A DNA stretch of 64,000 bases. Source: Cycas panzhihuaensis (lineage: Eukaryota; Plantae; Cycadophyta). Made by a program: the position numbers and the translations under genes. The stretch lies in NCBI GenBank assembly GCA_023213395.1, contig CM041465.1, positions 233,313,741 to 233,377,740 on the forward strand. The letters are read 5' to 3'. The notes below the pieces were generated by a model that was given only the letters and a program-made list of their open reading frames with translations, was not told where the DNA came from and made no database searches. Shown in pieces: positions 53,401 through 64,000 of the stretch; the first letter of the stretch is position 1, and the number at the start of each line of letters is the position of its first letter.

Positions 53401-56400
53401 TTTGTAGCCCTCTTATAAGCTTGGAGCCATGACTTAAATGCTCTAGCTTCCCCTAGGGCCACCTTACTTAGAAAGATATTATCATCGACAAACTAATGAT
53501 AAACAATATTATCAATGTTGGATGAAGGTTTTAGCCCAACCAACCAACCTTTCCTTCTGGCCTCCTCAACAGCCCTCCCTAATATTTTTGCTATAATAAT
53601 AAACAGATAGGGTGATAAGGGATCCCCTTACTTTAATCCTCTAAAACCAGGGAAGAAGGGAGTCAAAGTACCATTTATTAGAATAGAGAAGGAAGGGCTA
53701 GATATGCATCACCATATCCAACCTCTCCAAACCTCATTAAAGCCAAAGGTCTAGAGGTAATCTATTAAGCAGTCCTAGGCCACCTGATCATAAGCTTTGG
53801 ACATGTCAGTTTTCACCAACATGCTAGCCTCTTTCCTATGATAAACTGAATGAGTTATCTTATGGACCACTATTATACCATCTGAGATTTATCTGCCTTT
53901 TACAAATCCATCCTGATTTGGGGATATGATAAGTGGCAAGCATTCCTTTAGTCTATTTACCAGAATTTTCACCAAAATTTTATATTTTACATTGCAAAGG
54001 CTTATCGGTCTAAAGTCCTCCATGACTTTTGCTCCTTCCTTCTTGGGGATCAACACCAGAAAAGTCATCTTCCACTCATTTAGAATTGTTTTCTTCTCAG
54101 TAAATTCATCCAGAGCTAGTTTTAGATCCTCCTTGATTATGTCCCATAATTCTTGGAAAAAACCCAAAGGGAAACCATCTGGCCTAGGAGCTTTATCTTA
54201 GCCCATGTTGAAGAGAGCCTTCTCCACTTCCTCCATTGTAAAAGGATCTATCAACCTTCTATTTTGATCTTCATTTATTAGCTCTAGAATATGTCTCATG
54301 AGATTCTTTCTTAATTTCATCTCTTGGTAGTTGGGTTCTTCAAATAAATTCTTGAAGTATTCCACTACTATGTCCTTGATTTCCTCTTCTGTCTCATGAT
54401 TAACTCCATCTATGTTACACAAAATATTCATTCTGTTATAGGATCTATGTTTCAATATAGACATGTAAAAGAACTTAATATTTATGTCTCCCTTCAATAG
54501 CCAGAGAGCTCTAGATTTCTTTTTCCAATGCATTTCCTCTTTGGCCAACATGTCTTCCAAGTTTTTTGTAGTCAAACGCTCCATCTGGTCTACAATGGTT
54601 GACCTCCCTTCCTCCTAGATCCTACCCTCTACCATATTAAGTTCCTCAAGAAATCTTCCCTTGGCCTCAAAAATATTTCTAAAAACTTCTTTGTTCCAAA
54701 CTTTAATCTATCTTTAACCCAATTCAACTTTTTAGAGAACCTAAACATAATATGTCCCTTCATCGAGATACTCCACCATTCCCTAACCTTGTCCCTAAGA
54801 TCTAGATGCCGCATCCACATAAGCTTGAAATAGAAGGGGCCCCCTGATGAATACTTAAAGTATTAAATTCCAACATTAGAGGTGAATGGTCAGAGGCCAC
54901 CTTCTGAAGTGCCTCTAATTTAATATTTTCATGGAGACTCATCCATTCATAGTTTATCAACACCCTATCTAACTTAATTTGGATGTGATTATCCCCTAGT
55001 CTCCTATTTGACCAAGTTTACCTGGCCCCTCTAAGTAGGACATCCAATAACCCCCCTTTCTGTAAGAAATCCCCCAGGTTTGACATGCTCCTAAACTAGC
55101 CTTATTGACCTCCTTTCTTTTCTCTTAGGTATAGGGTTGTATTGAGATCCCCCACAATTATCTAGGGCCCTTCCAATCTTTGTGGATTGTTGCAATCCTA
55201 TCCCACAAATTTGTTTTTCCTTCCACCATTGTTGGAGCATAAATGTTGGTGGAAAACCACTGGGTGTTTATTCTCTTGTAAGTAAGGTAGACGGTCATGA
55301 AATGATGTTCTTGAACCATACCTATTCCTTGCCAGATTCTGGGATCCCATATAACATCCATACCCCCTTATTCAAGAGATCCCTCTTTAGCTAACATCTC
55401 CCCATTCCTCCAGATCTTATTTTTCACCTCTATTTCCTTAGCCTTTTCAAGTTTCATTTCCTGCAACATCATAATATCTCCTCTCATTCTAAATCTCATA
55501 TCCTTGATAATTCTTTGTTTAAAGGGGGCATTCACACCCCTAACATTCTAGGATAATAACCTCATAATCATGGCTCCTGAGCCAACCCTAAAGGGTCATC
55601 TTCTACTCCTAAGAAATGAGTCTTTAATAACCCCTTCCTTTAGGGTTCGTCAAAACCCTTAGTCAATTCGAGAGACTATTTCCCTTTCTCTAATCACTTT
55701 CTTAAATGCTCTGACAACCCTTCTATCACTCCCTAGGCTCGGGGCTCTTCTCGCTACCCACTTGTGCTCCCCACTAGGTGACCTTTCTAGCTCCTCTCTC
55801 ACATACTAGGCCCTCTTATCCTTACTGTCCATTCCATCCTGACGTTCCTCTTCCACAGTTGCTAACACCACTTCCATCTGACCTACGGGATGATCCTTCT
55901 CGTCACCTTCCTATGAGAGATAGTCCTCCTCATCCCAATTTATCTCCTTCATCTTCTCAATTTGAGTCTTCTCAACTACCTCAGGCAGGGCCTCCTTAAA
56001 CCTCCTCTTATCAACATCAAGACATTCCTCTCCCATAGTTGTTGGTCGTTGCTGCCCTTCCTCCTAACCCGAGGGTCACTCTTTTTCCTCAACTTCCACT
56101 AGGATGGGAGCCTCCTCATTCTGATTTAACTGAGGAGTTTCAACTACCTTAGTCCCCAGGGCATCACCCACATTTATTTCTTCCATTAGATCCTCAATAG
56201 TTATGCTCAGGCCCCCCTTCTCGCCAGCCCCATCCTTATTTAGTTCTCCTTAGCACTTCAGAGGAAGATGCCCCAGGCACCTGCATCTAGAGCATCTAAA
56301 TCCATCCAACTTGTAAATCAGCTTCTGATCAATGTTCCATCCCTCTATTTCAATACTAACCTCTTCTAGGAAGTTTTTGTTGAGTCTTACCAGAATATAA

Positions 56401-59160
56401 AACCTGGCATTTATCAAGCAGGTTCTATTCTTTGTTGTTGAGTCTATCGCTAACAATAGCCCTGTTGCTCTAGCCAACCCTCTTACTACTTCTAGGTTCT
56501 AAAACTATAAAGGTAACCCCAACATCTGGACCTAGATCAAAGCTTGTTTTACCGTTGGAACTAATGGATCAAACTATGGATGCCACTTTTCCAAGACGAT
56601 TACCTTTTTTCCAAGCATCTAGGGTGATTTTAGGAGAATGTTAATCATATCTTTTTGGTTGGTAAACTTAAAAAGAACACAACCCTTGGGCATAGCTATT
56701 ACCTCCACCAAGTTCTTTATTTTCTACTTATTCACTGTCCATTTCTTGATTATATCAAGCCCTAGTCTAGGCCCTGATAACCTCCTGACCAAACTATTTT
56801 CTTAATATTTCTTTGTCTTCTCGATTAGATCTTTCGGTACAAGGATTTTTATGTAGTTGTCTTGGTAGACTGGGTTTATCTCATACTCCTCTAAACCACC
56901 ATTTTTCAGCACATCAAGGTATTTCCTTCCTAAAAGAGAGGATTGAGTGTGGTTTTTATGGTTTGGCTGCTCCATATTCATAAGCAAAATCACTATAAAC
57001 TATAATAAAAGCTGACAGGCTAAGACTCACCCAACTGCCATGTGTCTTCATTGTCCAAATCTTGTTCCATGAGCCAACTCTTTCCCTTTGGTTGGCTTCC
57101 ACCATTATTATCTCTATGTAAAAAGACGCTGCCGCAAAATGCCTTAATGTGGGCACCCTCCATTCAATAGCCACTCACAAAACTCCAAAACCATAGGAGA
57201 CCCTAATCAGGTGTCGTCGTTCATCATTCTTAACTGACAGCCTTTCCAATCTTTGGAGGAGGGGCCACTCACTCGTTTGGGGCCATGCCCCTCCTTGAAT
57301 CTGTGTTCCTCTCCCAAGGCGAGGCCTTCACAAAGAACCCTAGTCACTGCTAGTAATGTGCAGGCTTGTTCATCGTCATTGTTCGTCGCTGTCATTCCAT
57401 TATTATGTTTGATATCCTTTTACTCAACTCATATGTTATTAAAGAAAGATTAGTCATATTAAGTCCTATCCTTGAGTTGTGTTTCCTTTTAGTCATGGGT
57501 AACTAAGATTCTACCATGGTCTTCAAATACCATTTAGGGAGTATCTTAGAAGGTGAAGTAACCTTAGGTTGTCCTTTAAGCTATAACTCTTGAATGTCAT
57601 GATACTCCTCCTTCTCACCTTCTTCTTCATCTTCTTACTTTTGCTTAGTCTTAGGCCTCATAAGATACTACATTGAAGAACTAAATTCTAGTTGATCCTT
57701 GATCTACTTCCCTTTATCTTACCATATCTCCCAAATATCCAAGTCCTATTCTATATCTTACTTGTTAACTTCTTTGAAGATGATGTCCTGAGTTATGTAT
57801 ATCTTTCTAGCCTCTAATGTATATACTTAGTATACTTTATTTTATTCACTGTAATAAACAAGGATATACTTAGAACTTTTATCATCAAAATTTTAGTATT
57901 TCTCGTTTGGAACATATATATACATAGTACTTTTAAAGATTCTAAGATGGTTTGGTATAAGTCTTCTTCCTAACCATCCTTCTTCTGGGGTCATGTTCTA
58001 GATAATTTTCGTAGAACTCATATTAGTTAGATATAATGTTATGCATATAACTTCAACCTAAAAAAATTCTAAGATATTCTTTACTTTCATTAATGACTTA
58101 ACCTTTTCAATAAAAGTCTTATTCATTCTCTCAATAACACCATTTTATTATAGTATGCATGTTGTTGTTAATCACTCCTTAATTCCATAGTCCTTATAAA
58201 ATTGGATAGAGGCATTGAAGGTGTATTCTTCTCCATTATCTAATCTAAGTATCATCAACCTATGATGACTTTTATTCTCCACTTTTGCCTTGAATTTCGT
58301 AAAAATGTTGAATGCTTGGGATTTCTCCTTTATGGGATACACTTAAACTTTCCCCAAAGAATCATCAATGAAGGTCAAGAAATATCTTACACCTCTAAGT
58401 GAAGTGCTTAGCATTGCACTACAAGTATCTAAGTGGATAAGGAACAATTTTTTAGTCACTATGAAAGCTTTGCCTCTTGAAAATTTCTCGATGTGTTACT
58501 TTTCAAGGATGTAGGGTTCATAGATGTTGTTCACTACTTTGAACTTTGGAAGGCCATGCACCATATTTAATTTATGCATTAAATATAAATAAAGGAAGTG
58601 TACATGTCCAATTCTCTTATGCCATAACTAAATTTTACTAGATACATCAACAATTAATGCTCTTTGGTTTATAAATTTATCCAAAAGCCTATAAACACCA
58701 CCATCCTTTACATCTTTAGTAATAGATTTCTCTTCATGATCATTAATAGTAGACTTCCCATCATTAAAGAGAATACTCATGCTAGTGTTTTCAATCTAAC
58801 TTATAGACATCAATTTCTTTTTTATTCTTGATACATACAACACATCCTCAGTGTAATAATACTCATTAGGTGTGTTAAATGGGATCTCCCTTATTCCTTC
58901 TATACTTAACACCTTACTATCTCCTAGTGTAATTAATACTTGTCTAGTTGCTTCCCACATATACTTAAAGTAATTAGATCTACCAGTCATGTGCTTAGAA
59001 GCTCTTGAATCCACATACTAGACATCATTAGATTTTAAACTTGTTTGTGAATTTTCCATGTTCTATTAAACATCCTTATTCTATCGATTAATTTCCTACT
59101 ATTAATCAATGAGCAACTTCCTACAGTTTCTCTTAAAATGCCCTTATTTGTTGAAGTAAA
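50480..59160 (-). mobile_element. Truncated, decayed Ty1/copia element 3 interrupted by LINE 2
   Basis: Minus strand: zinc knuckle remnant GHFKRNC (~59125), protease VDSRASKHMTG (58796-59014), integrase TFIDD and LRLDNGEEY (~58230-58380), RT start NNTWDL (~51080). No LTRs found. Confidence 0.85.
51196..57428 (-). mobile_element. Apparently full-length L1-clade LINE with RNase H, decayed
   Basis: Poly(T) at 51196-51209; TSD TCATATGTT (51189-51197, 57429-57437); ORF1 with CSRCRCLGHLPLKC; endonuclease NVRGVNAP; [23 protein letters not shown]; zf-RVT CVLCKNDEES; RNase H WVKINFD at ~51830. Confidence 0.93.
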
Positions 59161-60790
59161 AATTTGACATCTAGGGTAGCTTAGTTATGTGGGAATTAAA
59201 TAGACTTTCATCCATATTCATATGGAAAAACTAAAAGAAAATTACATAAAAAGTAAACAAAACACACGAAAAAATAGGAATTAAATAGCCTTAGCACACC
59301 ATATAATATTATTTTATTATTTTTTATCTTTTAAAATCCTCGGTGACTTTGTAGAGCACCAAAAAAATGAAAAATTACATAAAAACCACACAGGAAATTA
59401 AATATTCACCATATGACCTTATTAGAATGGGGAAGCATAAAAAATCACTTTAAAGAAGTGCTTTTAGAAACTATAATATGGTGATAAAATGGCTACAAAA
59501 GAGTTTAGCACCCTATCTTACCATGTGGCTAAGGGCCTTTGTCATGGGGCTTATATTTAGAACTCAAATAAAAACTAAAAGTAACTTAATATCTTAGACC
59601 ATTACAAAAAGGTTTAATATATTTTAGACTAAGTTTTTAAAAAATAAATATTCAAAGGTTCCCTCCTATGTTAGGAACAAACTTCATCTACATATACATT
59701 TTTTTTCAAATTCAATATTGATTTGATTTATTTCTTCATTTGATATGATTATTTGTCTTCATGTTTAGTTGATTTAAGTCTAAATTCTTTGTCTCTATAT
59801 ACTATTTAACATGACAATGATATTGTTTATTATTCATGGTGTTCATACCATTAGATTTTCATTATTATCTAGTGCCTTTTGCCTTTGCCATGACCTTGTT
59901 CTTCTTCTCATCAGAGGAGAGTACTATAGATGCCCATGGAAACTTGCTCACAGAGGTTCTTGGCTTGCCTTTATTCAACCTAAAGATGGAGGTGTTGTAA
60001 TGTTTTATAACAAGTGTTTGTGTTATTATTGCAATTCTGCCTTTGACATAGATTTAAGGACTAATGAAATCCAAATACTTGGAATCATGCACACTTAATT
60101 AATTACCCTTTGCTTGTCAATTAAGAACTTTTTTAAACTAAAGATCTAAAGAGGTTTGTGATTATGTGGGCTAAGAAATATTTTAGGGAACCCTCATGAC
60201 TTAGAGACAAACCCATAATTAGATATAGAATATGGTAAGAAGAGAATATCCTTATGAAGTAATGAACTACATTAATTTCATGAATTTGGAGATAAAGAAA
60301 AACTCATATGGTGAGAACCAATGCTAGCCATACATCATCTATTTAAGGAAGAGGCATAATGTGGGCTGAAGACTATTAACCTATACTCTTTCAAGCTTAA
60401 ATATTTGTTACTACTATTATTACCCTTTTATGAATATAATATAAATGAATTGTCACATATCAAGAACCAAAGAGAAATTGTGAGTGTCGAAGTTCAATAT
60501 AGTTATTAGCTATAAACAAATTCATATTCTATTTTCATAAAATCTTAAATTGGGGGGAAATTAAGGATATTATCTAGTTTTAGTAATGAAACATATTATT
60601 AAACTTAGGCCTGTAGATTTGACATTTTCCCAAATTTAAATTGGAGGGGTAAACACCAAAGTAAATACCAAATCAATGCTACTAAACTATACGTTAGGGG
60701 AGGCTACTTTTGGTCAAATTATTCCATGTAGTCATGAATAAAACCTAGCAAATATGTATACTCATTTATAGCATATATATTTATTTATCT

Positions 60791-60793
<3 letters not shown>

Positions 60794-60843
<50 letters not shown>
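60794..60843. repeat. (GA)25 microsatellite
   Basis: Directly visible. Confidence 0.97.
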
Positions 60844-60845
<2 letters not shown>

Positions 60846-62179
60846 CTTTGCAAATGAGCATATAGTAGTTATGGCCATTGGTGTGGAGACTATAGTGGAC
60901 TTATGGTGTCTACATAAATATTATTATTCTTTTCATTACAAATACATATATATATATTACAATACTACACTAGTTCCTTAATACTGTTGTGTTTCTCCAT
61001 GAAATGCAAGAATGCAAAGATTATAAATTTGGATGGAAGACTAAGTTATTAATTCCTTATGAACCTTTTTTGGTAGCATAGTGTTTTTCTAAAGTTACGA
61101 GGGGATTGAAACTTTAACGAGGATTCTTCCTCTAATTAGACCACTAACAAATATTCTAAATTTTGATGTGAATTCTATATGTTCATTAAATCTAACATAA
61201 TTTAGCCTATTTGTTGATCCCCACTTCCAATGGCTAAGAGGGGTGTTACATGTGACCTATTGCAAATTGGGTACAAGTGCAATAACAAATTCTGAATGCA
61301 AGTCAAGTTTTCTTTATTTCTTAATGTTCCCTTTAAAGGTAACATTGTTTCTAAGTAGAAGTAGGATTGGGATGTGGCTAAGTGCAAAAAATGTTATCTT
61401 ACTTGGATGTGTAAAAAGCATAGTTGACTTAAATGGTACAAATTATTTATAAATTTATTATTCATATGTGTTAACCCAACTTTCTATTACCTTTTGATGA
61501 TTCTTAAAGAGTACTAATTAAATTGGTTAAGAAATAACTATGGGCATCTAAGGATTCCTTTATGTAGATGGCTTGGAAATCTTGTTGCCTTCTTAGAACG
61601 GGTGGAGAATTGGGCAAATCGGATTTAGAAGTATAAGATTTCTTCGTTGGTGTGAAGAACATACACTTCAAATTGAATTCGGTTGTAGAATTTGTCCTAA
61701 ACTTTCTAAGCCAGGGTGGGCCGTCCATTGCCCATTTTGTGGTCTACAAGAATCAACACTTTATTTGCCTCGACTACGTTTAGAAATCACCTAATGTCTA
61801 TAAGAAAAATAATATTTGCTATGTAAGTTATTTTTGAGCCAAGGGCATGGACGTCAGAAAATTAACATATAGTCTATAAAGCTTACTTTTGAGCCACCGT
61901 TGTCCGAGCGTTCGGCTCTCGGGATTGTCTTCTTCGGCATGGTATGCAGAAACCGCCTAGTCTTGTGGGGACAATTCTGTAATATATTTCCATGGAATAC
62001 AGCCGTGATTTCCAATAACCCCTAAAATAAAATACGAAAAACAGACAGACAATAGAAACTTATAATATGGTGCTTCTTTATTTACAACACGAAGGATCCG
62101 TTGCAGAAAACACGATGTTTGCTCCAACGGTCACAGAAGCACAAATTTCAGGCCATTCGAGATTCTTTACCGGATCGCC

Positions 62180-62704
62180 TCAGACCGGCAGCTCGTCTAT
62201 ATTTTTCGCAGGAGCTTCGTAAACGAAGATGAAATCCAGATTATAGAGAACGGGCACCGTCGCCACCGAACCGACGAAGGCCATTATTGGGCCGAATATC
62301 CAAAGCAGCAACGGGAACGCTATATAAAACGCTCTGTTCCCAATCGTATTGAACGCAGACCCCCTCTCGAACATTTCGCAGACGTACTGCGGAGTGACGA
62401 ACGGCGACTGAAATTGCGTGGTGTTTATCAGGTAGTTGACCTGATTCAGGAACCGGACCGCCAGCGAATGGCAGAAAAACGAAAACAGGAAAAACGTCAA
62501 CAGCGACACGTATTTCAGGGCCACCATGACTTCGCCGTGCGCACCGTAAGCCGTATCGTTCACAGGCTTCTTCACGCTGTACGTGCTGCTTATGACGGCA
62601 GCCAAACCGCAGCTCAGAAGAATGGAAGTGGTGGCCATGAGGGTCGATCCCATGATGCTGTTTCTTAACGTCTGCACCGCAACTATGTTCTTCTTCTCGT
62701 TATC
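62180..62704 (-). CDS. DUF599-family membrane protein, exon 2
   Basis: Acceptor TTGCAG|GAT at 62705/62704; DNEKKNIVAVQTLRNSIMGSTLMATTSILL...GNRAFYIAFPLLLWIFGP motifs; TGA stop at 62180. Confidence 0.93.
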   Translation of the reverse strand, partial: DNEKKNIVAVQTLRNSIMGSTLMATTSILLSCGLAAVISSTYSVKKPVNDTAYGAHGEVMVALKYVSLLTFFLFSFFCHSLAVRFLNQVNYLINTTQFQSPFVTPQYVCEMFERGSAFNTIGNRAFYIAFPLLLWIFGPIMAFVGSVATVPVLYNLDFIFVYEAPAKNIDELPV

Positions 62705-62792
62705 CTGCAAATCGTCGTAACCGGAAATTAATTTATAAATCTGATATCGCGTTCTCAAAATTAATCGAATTATTTGCTAATTATAATCGAAC

Positions 62793-62960
62793 CTTGATGA
62801 TGCTTTGGATCCATAGCCTTCTTCCGATGGCGTTAACGCCGATCGTGGTGCGGAGGGGACGGTTCCTGACGCTGTGCCACAGGAAGCCGTTGTACGCCAA
62901 GGCAATCAGAACGCCCAGGGGCACCAGAATGGCGTCCAGGTAGCATTTCTTCCATTCCAT
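62793..62960 (-). CDS. DUF599-family membrane protein, exon 1 (230 aa spliced product)
   Basis: MEWKKCYLDAILVPLG...GRRLWIQSIIK, donor AAG|GT at 62793/62792, 88-bp phase-0 AT-rich intron. Confidence 0.93.
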
Positions 62961-64000
62961 TCTGCCAAATCCTTGCATTCGTTCGGCCGCGGGCCGAGCC
63001 GAGGTCGTCGATCTGTCTGATCCGAGGGGTAGCGCATGGATTGCCAGTAATAAATGGTGGAATGGCGCACGGATTGTCAGTACCGAAGGGCGGAAAACAG
63101 GCGCAAGCTCGAGGATTGGTGGGAATTCGTTTAATTTAATGGAAGCAAGTGAGAAGCCCAGTGGCCACTAGACATCGTGATGTACAGATGTCTTGGCACC
63201 CGGCGTTGGGGGGTGGGAGATGGCAGGTGAATTGGGTGGTTGAGGGTGTTTAAAAGGAATAAAGAAATGGAACGTGAAGGAGCTTGTGGATAACGTGGGT
63301 AGGAAAGGTAGGCACCACGGGAAAGTTGTGTGGGATGTAACTAACAATAGGCCGATGGATGGATGAATTTTCACGTATCTTCTGTATTTGTTTATTTTCT
63401 GTTTTCCTTTTTTGAGGATCTGTTCGGCTTGTTTGAAATCTGTCTCCACAATTCTCTTTTAATTTTAATTTTGCGTTTTTTCCGTCCTTGCAGAGGGGAA
63501 AAGCATTGTGCATGGAGGGCTTATGGGAGGTTGCTTTACAAAAGAGAGTATATACTTTCTCGAAGGAAGTAAACAAAGAGTGAATGGTACATGCTCTAGG
63601 AAATGCTCAGGGAGCATTACTATTAACCTTTTTTTTCTTTTTTTTTCAATTGGAATTATAAGACTAAAATACTTTACACATGATATAATCAGCGTAAATG
63701 GCAGTTTAGCTTGAGAATCAAGGCTACGCAACACAATGTATTTCTTTTAAATGTCTGATCAAACTTGTATCATTTTATTTATCTTAAATCATGACAAGCG
63801 CTTGAAATCTTGCAGTAAAGTGTAAGTGTATAAGTGGATGCTCCACTAAGTGTTAATTAATCATCATGAGAAAACGACTCCACTTAATCTAATTTGTTGA
63901 TGTGAGTATTTAACTATTACTTCTTATCAAAAAGGAATATTTGTATGCATAAAATATGACAAAAAAAATGTCTGTAATTAAGTTTGAGATCTATATTATT

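Noticed and set aside
59172-59515. Possible MITE with TAGGGT.../...ACCCTA ends
   Set aside because: Inverted repeat is short and imperfect and no TSD is present.
59811-60098. 95-aa ORF or exon-like stretch after a pyrimidine tract
   Set aside because: No recognisable homology and no partner exons.
62180-62978. ORF-track starts at 62758 and 62978 for the DUF599 gene
   Set aside because: 62758 lies in the intron; 62978 is not an ATG on the minus strand, and the family-typical start MEW is at 62960.
63168-63734. Overlapping short ORFs upstream of the DUF599 gene
   Set aside because: No domain signal, low-complexity composition; most likely promoter or intergenic DNA.

Overview
Eukaryotic (land-plant) nuclear DNA from a large, heavily methylated genome; the species cannot be identified from sequence alone. 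About 59 kb is a nested stack of decayed retrotransposons. (1) A complete Tork/Tnt1-like Ty1/copia element (508-5762, TSD AATAA) and an L1-type LINE (8557-13659) both sit inside a second copia. (2) That copia and a minus-strand LTR element (17175-27661, itself containing a Tat-like fragment) interrupt a Tat-like Ty3/gypsy element. (3) The gypsy continues as a tandem unit sharing a ~2.5-kb LTR (31512-34034 and 40839-47669); the second LTR copy holds a very long TA/TG/CA microsatellite and a 3-kb gag-only copia derivative. (4) A second, apparently full-length LINE (51196-57428, minus) interrupts a third copia. The only intact host gene is a two-exon DUF599-family membrane protein gene (62180-62960, minus) in a CpG-rich island. 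The most unusual items are a Tat-like cargo module (a seemingly stand-alone RNase H ORF, head-to-head with a Plant Mobile Domain ORF in one copy) and a microsatellite-embedded element whose gag N-terminus is fused in frame to an acidic, repeat-containing tail. All comparisons were made by eye; no searches were run.
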